In this document: positions 51,143-60,340 of the stretch, piece after piece
Position numbering within the stretch: the stretch's first letter is position 1
Layout: each line of letters opens with the position of its first letter
From: Barthelona sp. PAP020
Taxonomy: Eukaryota
Direction of reading: 5' to 3'
Assembly (NCBI GenBank): GCA_040182905.1
Contig: JARQWU010000001.1
Location: 1 to 64,000 of the forward strand
Length of the DNA stretch: 64,000 nt
Translations under genes and position numbers: made by a program
Notes under the pieces: generated by a model
Seen by the model: the letters and a program-made list of their open reading frames with translations, nothing else
Told to the model about the DNA's origin: nothing
Databases searched by the model: none

Positions 51143-53908
51143 TTATTTGTCATATTTTGGAACAGCTTTTAAAAACCCCTGAATTTGTAAAGGAACTTGT
51201 AATTTTAAAACTAACATGTTGGAAAGATCACCTTTTTTAAAAGCTTCAACAGCTATATTTGCTTCTACAGCTTCAACATCTTTTGCAATTCTGACAGTTA
51301 TGTGAGGATATTCCTTTACACCAACCAGAGATGCAGGCAATTCCACAACAAAAACAATCAGCCTTTTTGTAATCAATAAATACTCAATTGAACATATTAT
51401 CGTTTTATTCTCCAAAAATAATCCATTTTCCCAAAGTTTTGATATTTTTAACAATAAATTTTCATCAAAAACACCATTATTTTTGTATACCAAAGTGACA
51501 TGAGCATCGATTAACCGGTTATCGACATATGAACTAAAATCAACACTTGAAAAACTAGATTGGGATTCAATACCCCATTCATAATCAACCATAAGATCTG
51601 CTTTATCAAATAGGTTTTGCATGTGTTTTTGAGTTGTGTCTTGCTCCAAATCATCTTCCAAAATTGATTTGTTATTGGACAAATCAATTTCAAACTCATG
51701 ATCTTGGAAAAAAGAAGAAGATGGAATGGACCAAGAATGATTTTGATGAGCTTTACTTTTAGCTGTGTTTGAATATTCAATAATAGTTTTTGCATCTTCA
51801 AATGCAGTTTCTAACATCCGTTTGTAATTTTCATCAAAAACTAAACAAAAATATTGATATTGCTCAGGATTAATGATTGGTTGATCTTCAACATTTAAAA
51901 TTTTCAAAAACTTTTGATATAATTCATCTTGACTAAACTTAAACTGCTCAATTGAAGACATCTCCTTAACATTATAAGTGACTTCGCGTCCTAATGGAAT
52001 TTGCATGAAATCAATGATAATTTGAGCAACTTTTTGAATCTGTTTCAATCGTTCCATTGAATTATACGGTAATAATGGATCTATTAACATGTGATAAACA
52101 GGTTTCCCAACTCTATCTCTGAATCTGTTGATATTTACAGGTTGATCTCTTCGAACCTTTGAATGATCATTCAAAACACGTTCAACATCTTCTGGTTTCA
52201 ATGTCCAATGATCCTTACGTTTCATTCCTCTGTCTTTTAAAATCTGAAAATATTGAGCACTATTAGAATTAAATTCCAACAAAATAATTAATCCTGGATT
52301 CAATTTTTGTGCAAAAGCCTCTCTGGAACCCTGTGAATTATGACATCCATCCAAAAGAACAATGCATTTATTGTTAGAACTTAAACGAATATTATCTAAA
52401 GTGGAATGTAATACCTTATGAATTTCTTTTCTAATGAATTCACTTGACTTTGGGTCATTCATATCTAACTGAGATTCTTTTTGAAGTTGATGTGTTAATT
52501 CATCTCTTGATAATCTTATCAAATATGGAGGTTTTTTTGAGGCCACACTCAACACTTGTTTCAGCAGAAATGACAATCCGGCCAAAAATATCGATTTTCC
52601 ACTTGCAATCAAACCAGTAGTTAATACCAAAACATGATTGGAACTGCTACATAATTTACCATTTAAAAAAGCCAAATTTTCTTCCAATTGATTTCGCCTT
52701 TTTTTATCTAATCCATCAACAATCCTATTGACTTGAGCATAATGTTTGCTGTTTGCTATAAACATGGAATTTTGACAGTAATATGATACAATTGCTTTGA
52801 TAAATGCATGATTATTCAAAAAATTGTTCTTATTAGCAAAAATCCCTCGATTTGATATGTTTTCTACAATATTTTCAATCCTTTGAATCAAATCATATTT
52901 AACCGGTGAAATATGTAATCTAGCTTGTATTTCAGATGCTTCATCTCCAATAATTTGTGTCAATTCTTGACTTGGTCGTAATACTGAACCAATCGCTAAC
53001 TTATCAATGATGAACACACCAATAAAACCAAAATTTGAAAATTTTTTTGAAGTTTCATAATTTTTCAATTGTTTTGCAATATCAACCCATGTGGCCAGAT
53101 CAAGTTCTTGTGTTTCTCCTTTTTTCAATTGAAACTTTTTACAAACTTTTTCTAATAGTTCTGTTTTATAATATATTTGTGCAAAAGATAATTCTCGAAG
53201 CCCATAAAAACATAATTCATAATTAGTCAATTGAAAATTTTCATTGCTCTCAAAAATGTCATTTGACTCATAATTATCACGTGTTATTACATGACCATCT
53301 AAAATTGCACCAGATTGATATAATTCTGAGGCTAAACTGTAAACATATGCATCAAAATTCTTCCAAGTCTTTTTTAACAAAGCCCAAATAATTCTATGAT
53401 TCGATTGTTCATCTTTTCTGTATAAAATACCATGTTTACAACTTGATAATATACCATTACCAAAAATCCACAAATCATACATTGAATCACCATTATTATT
53501 CTTTAATTCAACTCCAAAAAGAGAAAAAGATCCCAGTATTGGATATGGAAAAAAATATTTTGGAATTAAAGCGTTAGAATTTGAACTCAACAATTCAGCC
53601 AAATCCACATCACAATTAATCAGTGGATTTATATCTCTATAAATTAGTTTTGAACTTTGGGAATCAATGATAATGTTGTTTGAGCCTAAATGTTGATTAA
53701 TATTTTTATTTATTTCTAATTCATTAAAAATTCTTTTATTATTCGTAATATATGAAAACAAATCAGTCTTTAAATCAATATTGTGTACAAATTCTTCATT
53801 TAAATGATTACACCATTGAAAAAACTGTCTGGAATCGTAAGTAAATTCTTTTGTATTAATTATTCGATGAATTAAATCTCGCAATGATACTTTTAACGAT
53901 GAATCCAT
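51143..53908 (-). CDS. Trl1-type tRNA ligase homologue (ligase-like domain + polynucleotide kinase + 2H cyclic phosphodiesterase)
   Basis: P-loop TGLIASGKS, SRDEL, LLDGCHN and lid RGMKRKDH. Two HxT motifs (HVTL, HITV). The N-terminal region follows Trl1 ligase motif order (SSCKHG..NH, LASELY, LCFYGL). Confidence 0.7.
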   Translation of the reverse strand: MDSSLKVSLRDLIHRIINTKEFTYDSRQFFQWCNHLNEEFVHNIDLKTDLFSYITNNKRIFNELEINKNINQHLGSNNIIIDSQSSKLIYRDINPLINCDVDLAELLSSNSNALIPKYFFPYPILGSFSLFGVELKNNNGDSMYDLWIFGNGILSSCKHGILYRKDEQSNHRIIWALLKKTWKNFDAYVYSLASELYQSGAILDGHVITRDNYESNDIFESNENFQLTNYELCFYGLRELSFAQIYYKTELLEKVCKKFQLKKGETQELDLATWVDIAKQLKNYETSKKFSNFGFIGVFIIDKLAIGSVLRPSQELTQIIGDEASEIQARLHISPVKYDLIQRIENIVENISNRGIFANKNNFLNNHAFIKAIVSYYCQNSMFIANSKHYAQVNRIVDGLDKKRRNQLEENLAFLNGKLCSSSNHVLVLTTGLIASGKSIFLAGLSFLLKQVLSVASKKPPYLIRLSRDELTHQLQKESQLDMNDPKSSEFIRKEIHKVLHSTLDNIRLSSNNKCIVLLDGCHNSQGSREAFAQKLNPGLIILLEFNSNSAQYFQILKDRGMKRKDHWTLKPEDVERVLNDHSKVRRDQPVNINRFRDRVGKPVYHMLIDPLLPYNSMERLKQIQKVAQIIIDFMQIPLGREVTYNVKEMSSIEQFKFSQDELYQKFLKILNVEDQPIINPEQYQYFCLVFDENYKRMLETAFEDAKTIIEYSNTAKSKAHQNHSWSIPSSSFFQDHEFEIDLSNNKSILEDDLEQDTTQKHMQNLFDKADLMVDYEWGIESQSSFSSVDFSSYVDNRLIDAHVTLVYKNNGVFDENLLLKISKLWENGLFLENKTIICSIEYLLITKRLIVFVVELPASLVGVKEYPHITVRIAKDVEAVEANIAVEAFKKGDLSNMLVLKLQVPLQIQGFLKAVPKYDK

Positions 53909-53969
53909 TTCATAATTGAGTATAATGAAATTTGTTAGTTAAAAAATACTTTTTTATAATTTATGAGGA
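53909..53969. promoter_or_regulatory. 61-bp divergent intergenic spacer (putative bidirectional promoter)
   Basis: Lies between the ATG of the Trl1-like gene (-) and the ATG of CDC23 (+). Confidence 0.45.
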
Positions 53970-55433
53970 ATGGATGAGGATTTTTTCATTTCAAGATTAG
54001 AATTGTTCGAAAATTTGGGACTTTTTGATTCGTTAAAACTTTTTCTGTCTTTAAATGAATCTTTCAATTATGAGGTATTAAGAAACCCTTCAAAATTAAA
54101 GAGTGATATAAAAGAGCTGATAGATATCAAAAATAATAGTTTTATCAGTTTTAATACAGAGAATGTGAAGGATCCCATTTTTTACCAGTTTAGATATTTA
54201 TTTTCCAACAAACAATATTTTGAGTGCTACAATATATTAGCTCCATATAAAGATGAATCCTGTATTTTGTCGTTTTTAAGACTATATTCATTATATTTTC
54301 ATGGAATGAGTTTAAGTTATCAACAGACCTTAAAGGATGGAAATTCAATAAAATTAGCAACAACAAGGAATATACTTGCGACTGAAATACTAAATGAACT
54401 GAGTGAATGTAAGTTCGATTCCATTTTGCATGAATATTTGATTGGTTTGGTCTTTTTTGAAGAAGGGCATGTAACCAAAGCTAAAGCTATAATTTTGGAT
54501 ATTTTGACAGTTTGTCCTTTGATTTGGGAGTGTTGGAAATTGTTGGAGTGTATTTTGCTGAAAGATGATATGTCTCAAAATTCCTTTTCTATTTTTGATG
54601 AATTACCAAACTGTATTCTTAAACCTTTGTTTATTTGTTCTTATCATTATTCTAGAGGACAAACATTGTTATCCATTGACGCAATAGAACAAGGAATGAT
54701 ATTATTTCCAAAATTACGGGAGTTTTTAGTCTTTAAAGCTGATTTTTTCCAAAAGAGTTACAAAGAAAAAGAAGCTCTTGAAATATTTGAAAGAGACTTG
54801 GGTTTTAATGATTTGAAAAGTTTGAAAAGTTTAAATGGTGTTGAAGTATATTCACATTTACTTTATCTCCAAAATTGTAAAAAGAAACTCAATAGTCTTG
54901 CAAATTTCTGTTTGTCCCAATACAGATTTTCTTTGCAAACGTGTATTATAATGGCAAACCGTTTTTCATTAGAAAAGAAAAATTTAGAAGCGTGTTCTTG
55001 GTTAAAGAGAGCAATTATTCTTGAGCCTAAAAATGCTTTTTTGTACACAATGTTAGGTTATGAATGTATAGAAGCAAAAATGTTGCCTACTGCCTCCATT
55101 TGTTTTCAAAGCGCAGCTTCTATAACGCCTTTTGGGTTTGAAAGTTGGTATGGTCTTGGACAAGTGTGTGAATTATCTTCATTGCATTCAAATGCTTTGT
55201 TCTTTTACAGAAAAGCCATTTCTTGTTATCCTGAAAATCACACGTTGTGGTTTGCTTTGGGAGAATGTCTTGAAAAGGTTGGAAAAGTTGAAGAAGCATT
55301 GCAAGCATTTTTTAAGAGTTTGGAATTTGCTAAAAATATTGAAGTTTTGAAACAAGATAATAAAAATGAATTAGACAGTGAAAAAATTAGAGAAGCCATA
55401 CAGAGATTGGATAATTCTGATGATCAAACGTAA
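53970..55433 (+). CDS. CDC23: Anaphase-promoting complex TPR subunit APC8/Cdc23
   Basis: FLRLYSLY, PLIWECW, YSHLLY, TCIIMANRFSL, YTMLGYECIE, SWYGLGQVCE, ALFFYRKA and LWFALGECLEK. Confidence 0.85.
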   Translation: MDEDFFISRLELFENLGLFDSLKLFLSLNESFNYEVLRNPSKLKSDIKELIDIKNNSFISFNTENVKDPIFYQFRYLFSNKQYFECYNILAPYKDESCILSFLRLYSLYFHGMSLSYQQTLKDGNSIKLATTRNILATEILNELSECKFDSILHEYLIGLVFFEEGHVTKAKAIILDILTVCPLIWECWKLLECILLKDDMSQNSFSIFDELPNCILKPLFICSYHYSRGQTLLSIDAIEQGMILFPKLREFLVFKADFFQKSYKEKEALEIFERDLGFNDLKSLKSLNGVEVYSHLLYLQNCKKKLNSLANFCLSQYRFSLQTCIIMANRFSLEKKNLEACSWLKRAIILEPKNAFLYTMLGYECIEAKMLPTASICFQSAASITPFGFESWYGLGQVCELSSLHSNALFFYRKAISCYPENHTLWFALGECLEKVGKVEEALQAFFKSLEFAKNIEVLKQDNKNELDSEKIREAIQRLDNSDDQT

Positions 55434-55544
55434 TTATAAAAAGCTATCTTTTTATTTTGACTGCATTTCTCATTAATTACCGTTTCGAATTGCCTTATTC
55501 AAAGACAATCAAAAGAATATTGCAATTTTGATTTACTTTTTCGT

Positions 55545-56763
55545 ATGTCCACCATGTCAAAAAAGGAGTCAGTTGAGAATTTTATCTGCAATATTATCCC
55601 TTTGAAAATTGATGAAAGAAATGTGAAGGAAATTAAAGATGAGATTTTTGACCGAGTTTATTATTGTGCATATTCACCAGATAATAAACTTTTGGTCATT
55701 GGGAATAGTAAGGGTTACACTCATGTGATTGATGTAGAAACTGCAACGCTCAATCGCACATTGCATGATCATCAAGAACATTCAGTTTTTTGTTGCATTT
55801 TCACCTGATGGACAAATGTTTGCAACATGTTCAACGAAATCTATTGTTATTTATAAAGTTCAAGACTTTACTATTCTGAAAGTTTTGAGGAGGAATACAG
55901 TTTTTTATGGGATTTTTTTTTCATTTTGTAACAGATACATATATTCTGGTGATGGTGATGGAGTTCTCATTAAATGGAACATAAATAATGGAAAAATTAG
56001 GTTGGAAAGAAGGGTTCATCCTTACAGTTGGATTATGAGAATAAGCTTTTCGGCAAATCGTAAATATATTATAACTGGAAGCGGTGATGAAACTGCAAAG
56101 TTGGTTGATCCTGACGATTTTTATTCTTTTGCAACATTCCATCATGACGGGTCAATTAATGCTATTGATTGTCATCCAAACAAAAGAATTATTGCTGTTG
56201 GTGGTTCAAACAAAGTAAAGCTTTGGAATATCAGCGGTGAATCACTTCTTTACGAATTTGTTGTGGGTGGTGAGGTATATGCTATTAAATTCCTGACATC
56301 TTCCATCCTGCTTATTATGTCTGGTGATGGCTATATAACTTCATACAATATAAATGATTTTCAAGAAATTCAAAAGATTCATTGTGAATGTGATGTTAGA
56401 TTCTTTAGTTTTGCTATTTCACCCAATAGAAGAGAATTGGCGTGTGGCAGATGTAATGAAAGTGCCATTAAAGTATATTCAATATATTGTTTGTACGATC
56501 CTTCACATCAAACCACACTGATCGAATTATCAAAGGATGATGGTTATGTTCTGTCAAATCTTATTGATTTAAATATTGGTTCTCAAATCATAAGGGAATT
56601 GGTGTCTGCTGGTATTTACATGAATCAAGATGAATATAAAGTGGTTGTTGATATGTGCTGGGATTTGGTTGATATCAACGAAGCCAATGGAGGTAACATG
56701 CATATATTTGTGGAGAAAAATAATATTGAAACTGATGAGGATGAAGATGAGAATGATTATTAG
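55545..56763 (+). CDS. WD40-repeat protein of a locally expanded family, split by one frameshift near 55786-55792
   Basis: ORF 55545-55808 ends inside a WD repeat (HDHQEHSVF). The repeat continues (VAFSPDGQMFATCS) in the +1 frame across a T6 run. No other lesion is visible. Confidence 0.8.
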
Positions 56764-57007
56764 CAAATTGTCGTTTTGAAACGTGTGTTTTTCAACGTTT
56801 ATTTTTTGTTTTTTTGATTCATAACTTTTAGTTCAATGCATAATGCACAATTTTTTTGCTTTCTTTTGAATTTAACCGTCTAATCACATATTTTCATTGT
56901 TGATTTGTGCTTGAATATTTACAAATAAATATGGGGAGATTTTCTGCGATAAAAAGAAAATTCGGCAATCTATGACAATGACAATGTGTGACTACCTTGG
57001 TATTTTG

Positions 57008-57067
57008 GACTTTTGATGATATAACTTTCTCTCTCTCTCTCTCTATGGAAGAATCTCAAACTGAGTT
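57008..57067 (+). ncRNA. Weak box C/D snoRNA-like candidate
   Basis: TGATGA at 57014-57019 and CTGA at 57061-57064, with a 3-bp GAC/GTT closing stem. Nested inside a 12-bp inverted repeat (56929-56940/57072-57083). Confidence 0.2.
57029..57044 (+). repeat. (CT)8 microsatellite
   Basis: ctctctctctctctct read directly. Confidence 0.9.
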
Positions 57068-57237
57068 AAATATCACCCCATATAAATAGAGAATAATTGC
57101 TTTTATTTGTTTTTTGTATTATGAAGGAAAGAAGATACTTCAAATTGACACAGTACGGCACAAACACAAGAAAGAAAAAAAAGAAAAAAAAAATCGATAA
57201 AATCCCCCTAGTTATTTATAATTGAGAACATAAAAAA

Positions 57238-58107
57238 TTAAGTTGGAATTGCAACGTCCCAAGGACCTTCGATAACCAATTTATTCTTATAAATATGGTC
57301 TAGGATCACCGGAACACAAAACAGTATGAAAGAATGAATAATAACATTAATAAGAGCAAAAATAGGAAATCTTACCAAAAAAATTGTCAACATAGCCATT
57401 AAAAACAAAGCATAAATCAAAGATTTTTGAAAATCGCTTGTATTTTGAATACTTTTCGGCAAAAAAACCAAGTTCATTGTGGCAATTAATGTAAATGGTA
57501 GAAGAAACCCATTATTTTTATGTTCAACTGATAAAACAAAAATCAATACCAAAGCAATCAGAACATTGTTTGGTTTTTTCTTTTTGTTGTATGATTGACT
57601 GCCGATCCAAAAAACGAACAAAATCAATTGAACTTGATAACGTCCACGTTCATCAATATCTGCAAAAAAATCATATAATACTGGAAATAATATGGAAAAT
57701 AGTACAAATAAAGGTACAGATTGCCATTTCAATCCAATATTAAAACCAATGATCTTAAAGGTAACAAAATAAATAATTATCCATGCAAATAACACAAAAA
57801 TTGAAGCATAAAACTTAAAATCGTCATCTGCAAGAAATAAATGAGTTAAAAAGGTTAATACTAACAAGGATAAATTTTGACTAATTGTTGACGCAACTTC
57901 TACAGACATATAAAATGGAAATTTCGTCACATTTTCATTAACTTTCATGTTTTTTAGAAAGAAATTTTCATTTGTATAGTTATCAGGGACATCAAAGGTT
58001 TTATACAAAATTTTTGGTATTTGTTTTGGATCAATTTCGTCTTTCTCGGGATTTAACTCCGGATTATCTTTTCTAATCGAATATTTATGTTGAATATTTG
58101 ATTTCAT
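57238..58107 (-). CDS. PIGC: GPI-GlcNAc transferase subunit PIG-C/GPI2
   Basis: KILYKTFDVPDNYT..FFL near the N-terminus, multi-TM body, C-terminal IEGPWDVAIP. Confidence 0.9.
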   Translation of the reverse strand: MKSNIQHKYSIRKDNPELNPEKDEIDPKQIPKILYKTFDVPDNYTNENFFLKNMKVNENVTKFPFYMSVEVASTISQNLSLLVLTFLTHLFLADDDFKFYASIFVLFAWIIIYFVTFKIIGFNIGLKWQSVPLFVLFSILFPVLYDFFADIDERGRYQVQLILFVFWIGSQSYNKKKKPNNVLIALVLIFVLSVEHKNNGFLLPFTLIATMNLVFLPKSIQNTSDFQKSLIYALFLMAMLTIFLVRFPIFALINVIIHSFILFCVPVILDHIYKNKLVIEGPWDVAIPT

Positions 58108-58457
58108 AAGACCAAATTCAACTAATTATAAGAAGAAAAAAAAATTGAACTTCAATTATCAGACAATTTTGAACAATTGTTGAAAAATTGATTGTAATTA
58201 ATTTCAACCTTAAATAAGCGTCAGAAGACTCAAAATAATATCAATTTTTGTTTTGGTTTTTTTTTGTTTTTTTTTTTGAACTTTATTTTTTCATTTGTAT
58301 TTTTTAAATGACATATCTGATAGATTTTTAAAGAGTCATAAAAAAAATTTTTTGTAAACACCAAATTTGACCGTTTTTTGCATAATTTATTAAAAAAAAA
58401 ACTGAAAAAATTCATAATAATAATTTACAAATATATTTTTTGAAAACTAACATCCAC

Positions 58458-59936
58458 CTAATCATCATCATCACTACTGTCATTTTCTTCAAATAATTCT
58501 TCAATATTTCCTCCATGACCACGATTCAGTGCAAACAAATCCCAATCTCGTTCCACCAAATTCTTTTCTTCTTCATTAATACAGATACCTAAAGAAATTA
58601 GTTTACGAAGAAATAGGACATCAGTCTCTGTGACAGCAAAAAAAGTCAATAAATTATTGATTAAAGTTGACAATTGAAAGGTTTGCGATTCTTTGACAAT
58701 TAAATTTAACAAAAAATCTTTTTGATCATCTGTTAAAACAACAGACAAAGAAGTACCAAAATTTTTGTAAAAAACTCGATTTGGTGTCACACCAGCTGCC
58801 ACAAATTTGCCTTTTTTGGAATCAATTCCATAGATTTTTCCATCTACAGATACAGCTTCCCTTTCAACAGGATTATCAAGGTCAGTTAAGTCATAAAAAA
58901 AAATTTGAGAATTGAAAGTACCACAAACAATATTTTTGTTGTCAATCCAGCTAATTCCATAAATTCGGCCTTTATTTGCTTCGATAGTTCTCAATAATCT
59001 CCATTCATTAACATCAAAAATATATGCTTTGGAATCCCAACTTCCTACAGCAAGAAAATTTCCATTCGGAGAAAAACAAGAACACCAAGCAGAGTCACTG
59101 AAACAACTAAAAGTTTCAACGGTCGAATAATCATTTTGACAATCCAATACAATGATTTGGTTGTTATTTCCTCCATATATCAAATATCTACCATCAGGAG
59201 AATAATTAACATTGCGTAAATATGCAGAACAGTGTTGAGAAAAGATCAGATCAGAATTAGAAAGGTTATAAACAACAACACCTCCTGAAGATAGAGAAAC
59301 AGCAACTATATTACAATTTGAAGGGTGACATGAAATTCCTTTAAGACCAGATGTAAGTCGTATGGACGAAACTTTTTCAAAAGTTTCCATTGAATAAATG
59401 TAGAGCATATGATCATCACTACCATACAAAAATAATGAATCATCACATGAAAAATCACAAGGAATACAATGACTATCTGAATCGTCAAAGATCTTTACAA
59501 TTTGCAAAGAATCTGTCGAAACAATTCGTGCTTTTTTATCCCATGATACATATCCGAAATATTTGCCATCATTTGATAATTTAACAGAATGGATTTCAGA
59601 AGTGTTAGATGCTTCAACAGAAATTAATGAAGCAAAACTAATTTTTGAGGCACATAACAATTTAGTTGCATTTTTACTTCGAGTCAACAATTTGGAAATG
59701 AAACATAAATGGTCATCATCAATATTTTCAAAAAATCTTTCATCAATTGGAAAATTGTGATCTGTCAAATATAAAAAAGTTTCAAGCTTTCCATAAAGAT
59801 GTAAATTTTTCATTATAGAAGTTGCATTTTTTGGAATTTGAGTAAGATCATATGAAGTCTTAATTATTTCTAAAATATCCAGATCTTTGGTTTCACTAAT
59901 AAATTTTTCGTCAAAAATTTTCCAAGGATCATGCAT
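58458..59936 (-). CDS. WD40-repeat protein with the family-specific C-terminal motif
   Basis: WD repeats (VSWDKKARI, GSDDHMLYIY, YSPDGRYL, FSPNGNFLAVGSWD) and tail RKLISLGICINEEE...WDL..LNRGHGGNI..F.E.DSSDDDD. Confidence 0.88.
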   Translation of the reverse strand: MHDPWKIFDEKFISETKDLDILEIIKTSYDLTQIPKNATSIMKNLHLYGKLETFLYLTDHNFPIDERFFENIDDDHLCFISKLLTRSKNATKLLCASKISFASLISVEASNTSEIHSVKLSNDGKYFGYVSWDKKARIVSTDSLQIVKIFDDSDSHCIPCDFSCDDSLFLYGSDDHMLYIYSMETFEKVSSIRLTSGLKGISCHPSNCNIVAVSLSSGGVVVYNLSNSDLIFSQHCSAYLRNVNYSPDGRYLIYGGNNNQIIVLDCQNDYSTVETFSCFSDSAWCSCFSPNGNFLAVGSWDSKAYIFDVNEWRLLRTIEANKGRIYGISWIDNKNIVCGTFNSQIFFYDLTDLDNPVEREAVSVDGKIYGIDSKKGKFVAAGVTPNRVFYKNFGTSLSVVLTDDQKDFLLNLIVKESQTFQLSTLINNLLTFFAVTETDVLFLRKLISLGICINEEEKNLVERDWDLFALNRGHGGNIEELFEENDSSDDDD

Positions 59937-60340
59937 TTTTCACACAAATTTCAAAAAAAAATTATATTTCACAGCACTTATTTTTTTTTCTTCTATCATT
60001 TTAATGTTTATGTAATAACTGAAAAAAAAACCTATTTTCTCTGTAAAAAAAACTTTGTGTTTTTTATTTACATTTTTTCAGTAATGAAGAATCCACTTTG
60101 AAAAATAGAACTTTTTGAAATATTGATCTTCATCTTATCAAAAACTAACAAACAAACCCCAATTAAGATGAAAACAAGTATTAGATGAGAAAATTAACTT
60201 ACTCAAAAAAAATACAAAAAAAATGAAAAGAAAAGAAAGTGTTTTTACAACTACAAACAAATAATGCTGAAAGATTCAAGAAAAAAAAAATCCTTCCAAT
60301 TCAAAATAACAACAATGCAACAATTTAATTGTGATACAAA

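Noticed and set aside
42233..58107. PIG-O/G and PIG-C as a GPI gene cluster
   Set aside because: They are 13 kb apart on opposite strands with unrelated genes between, so proximity is likely chance.
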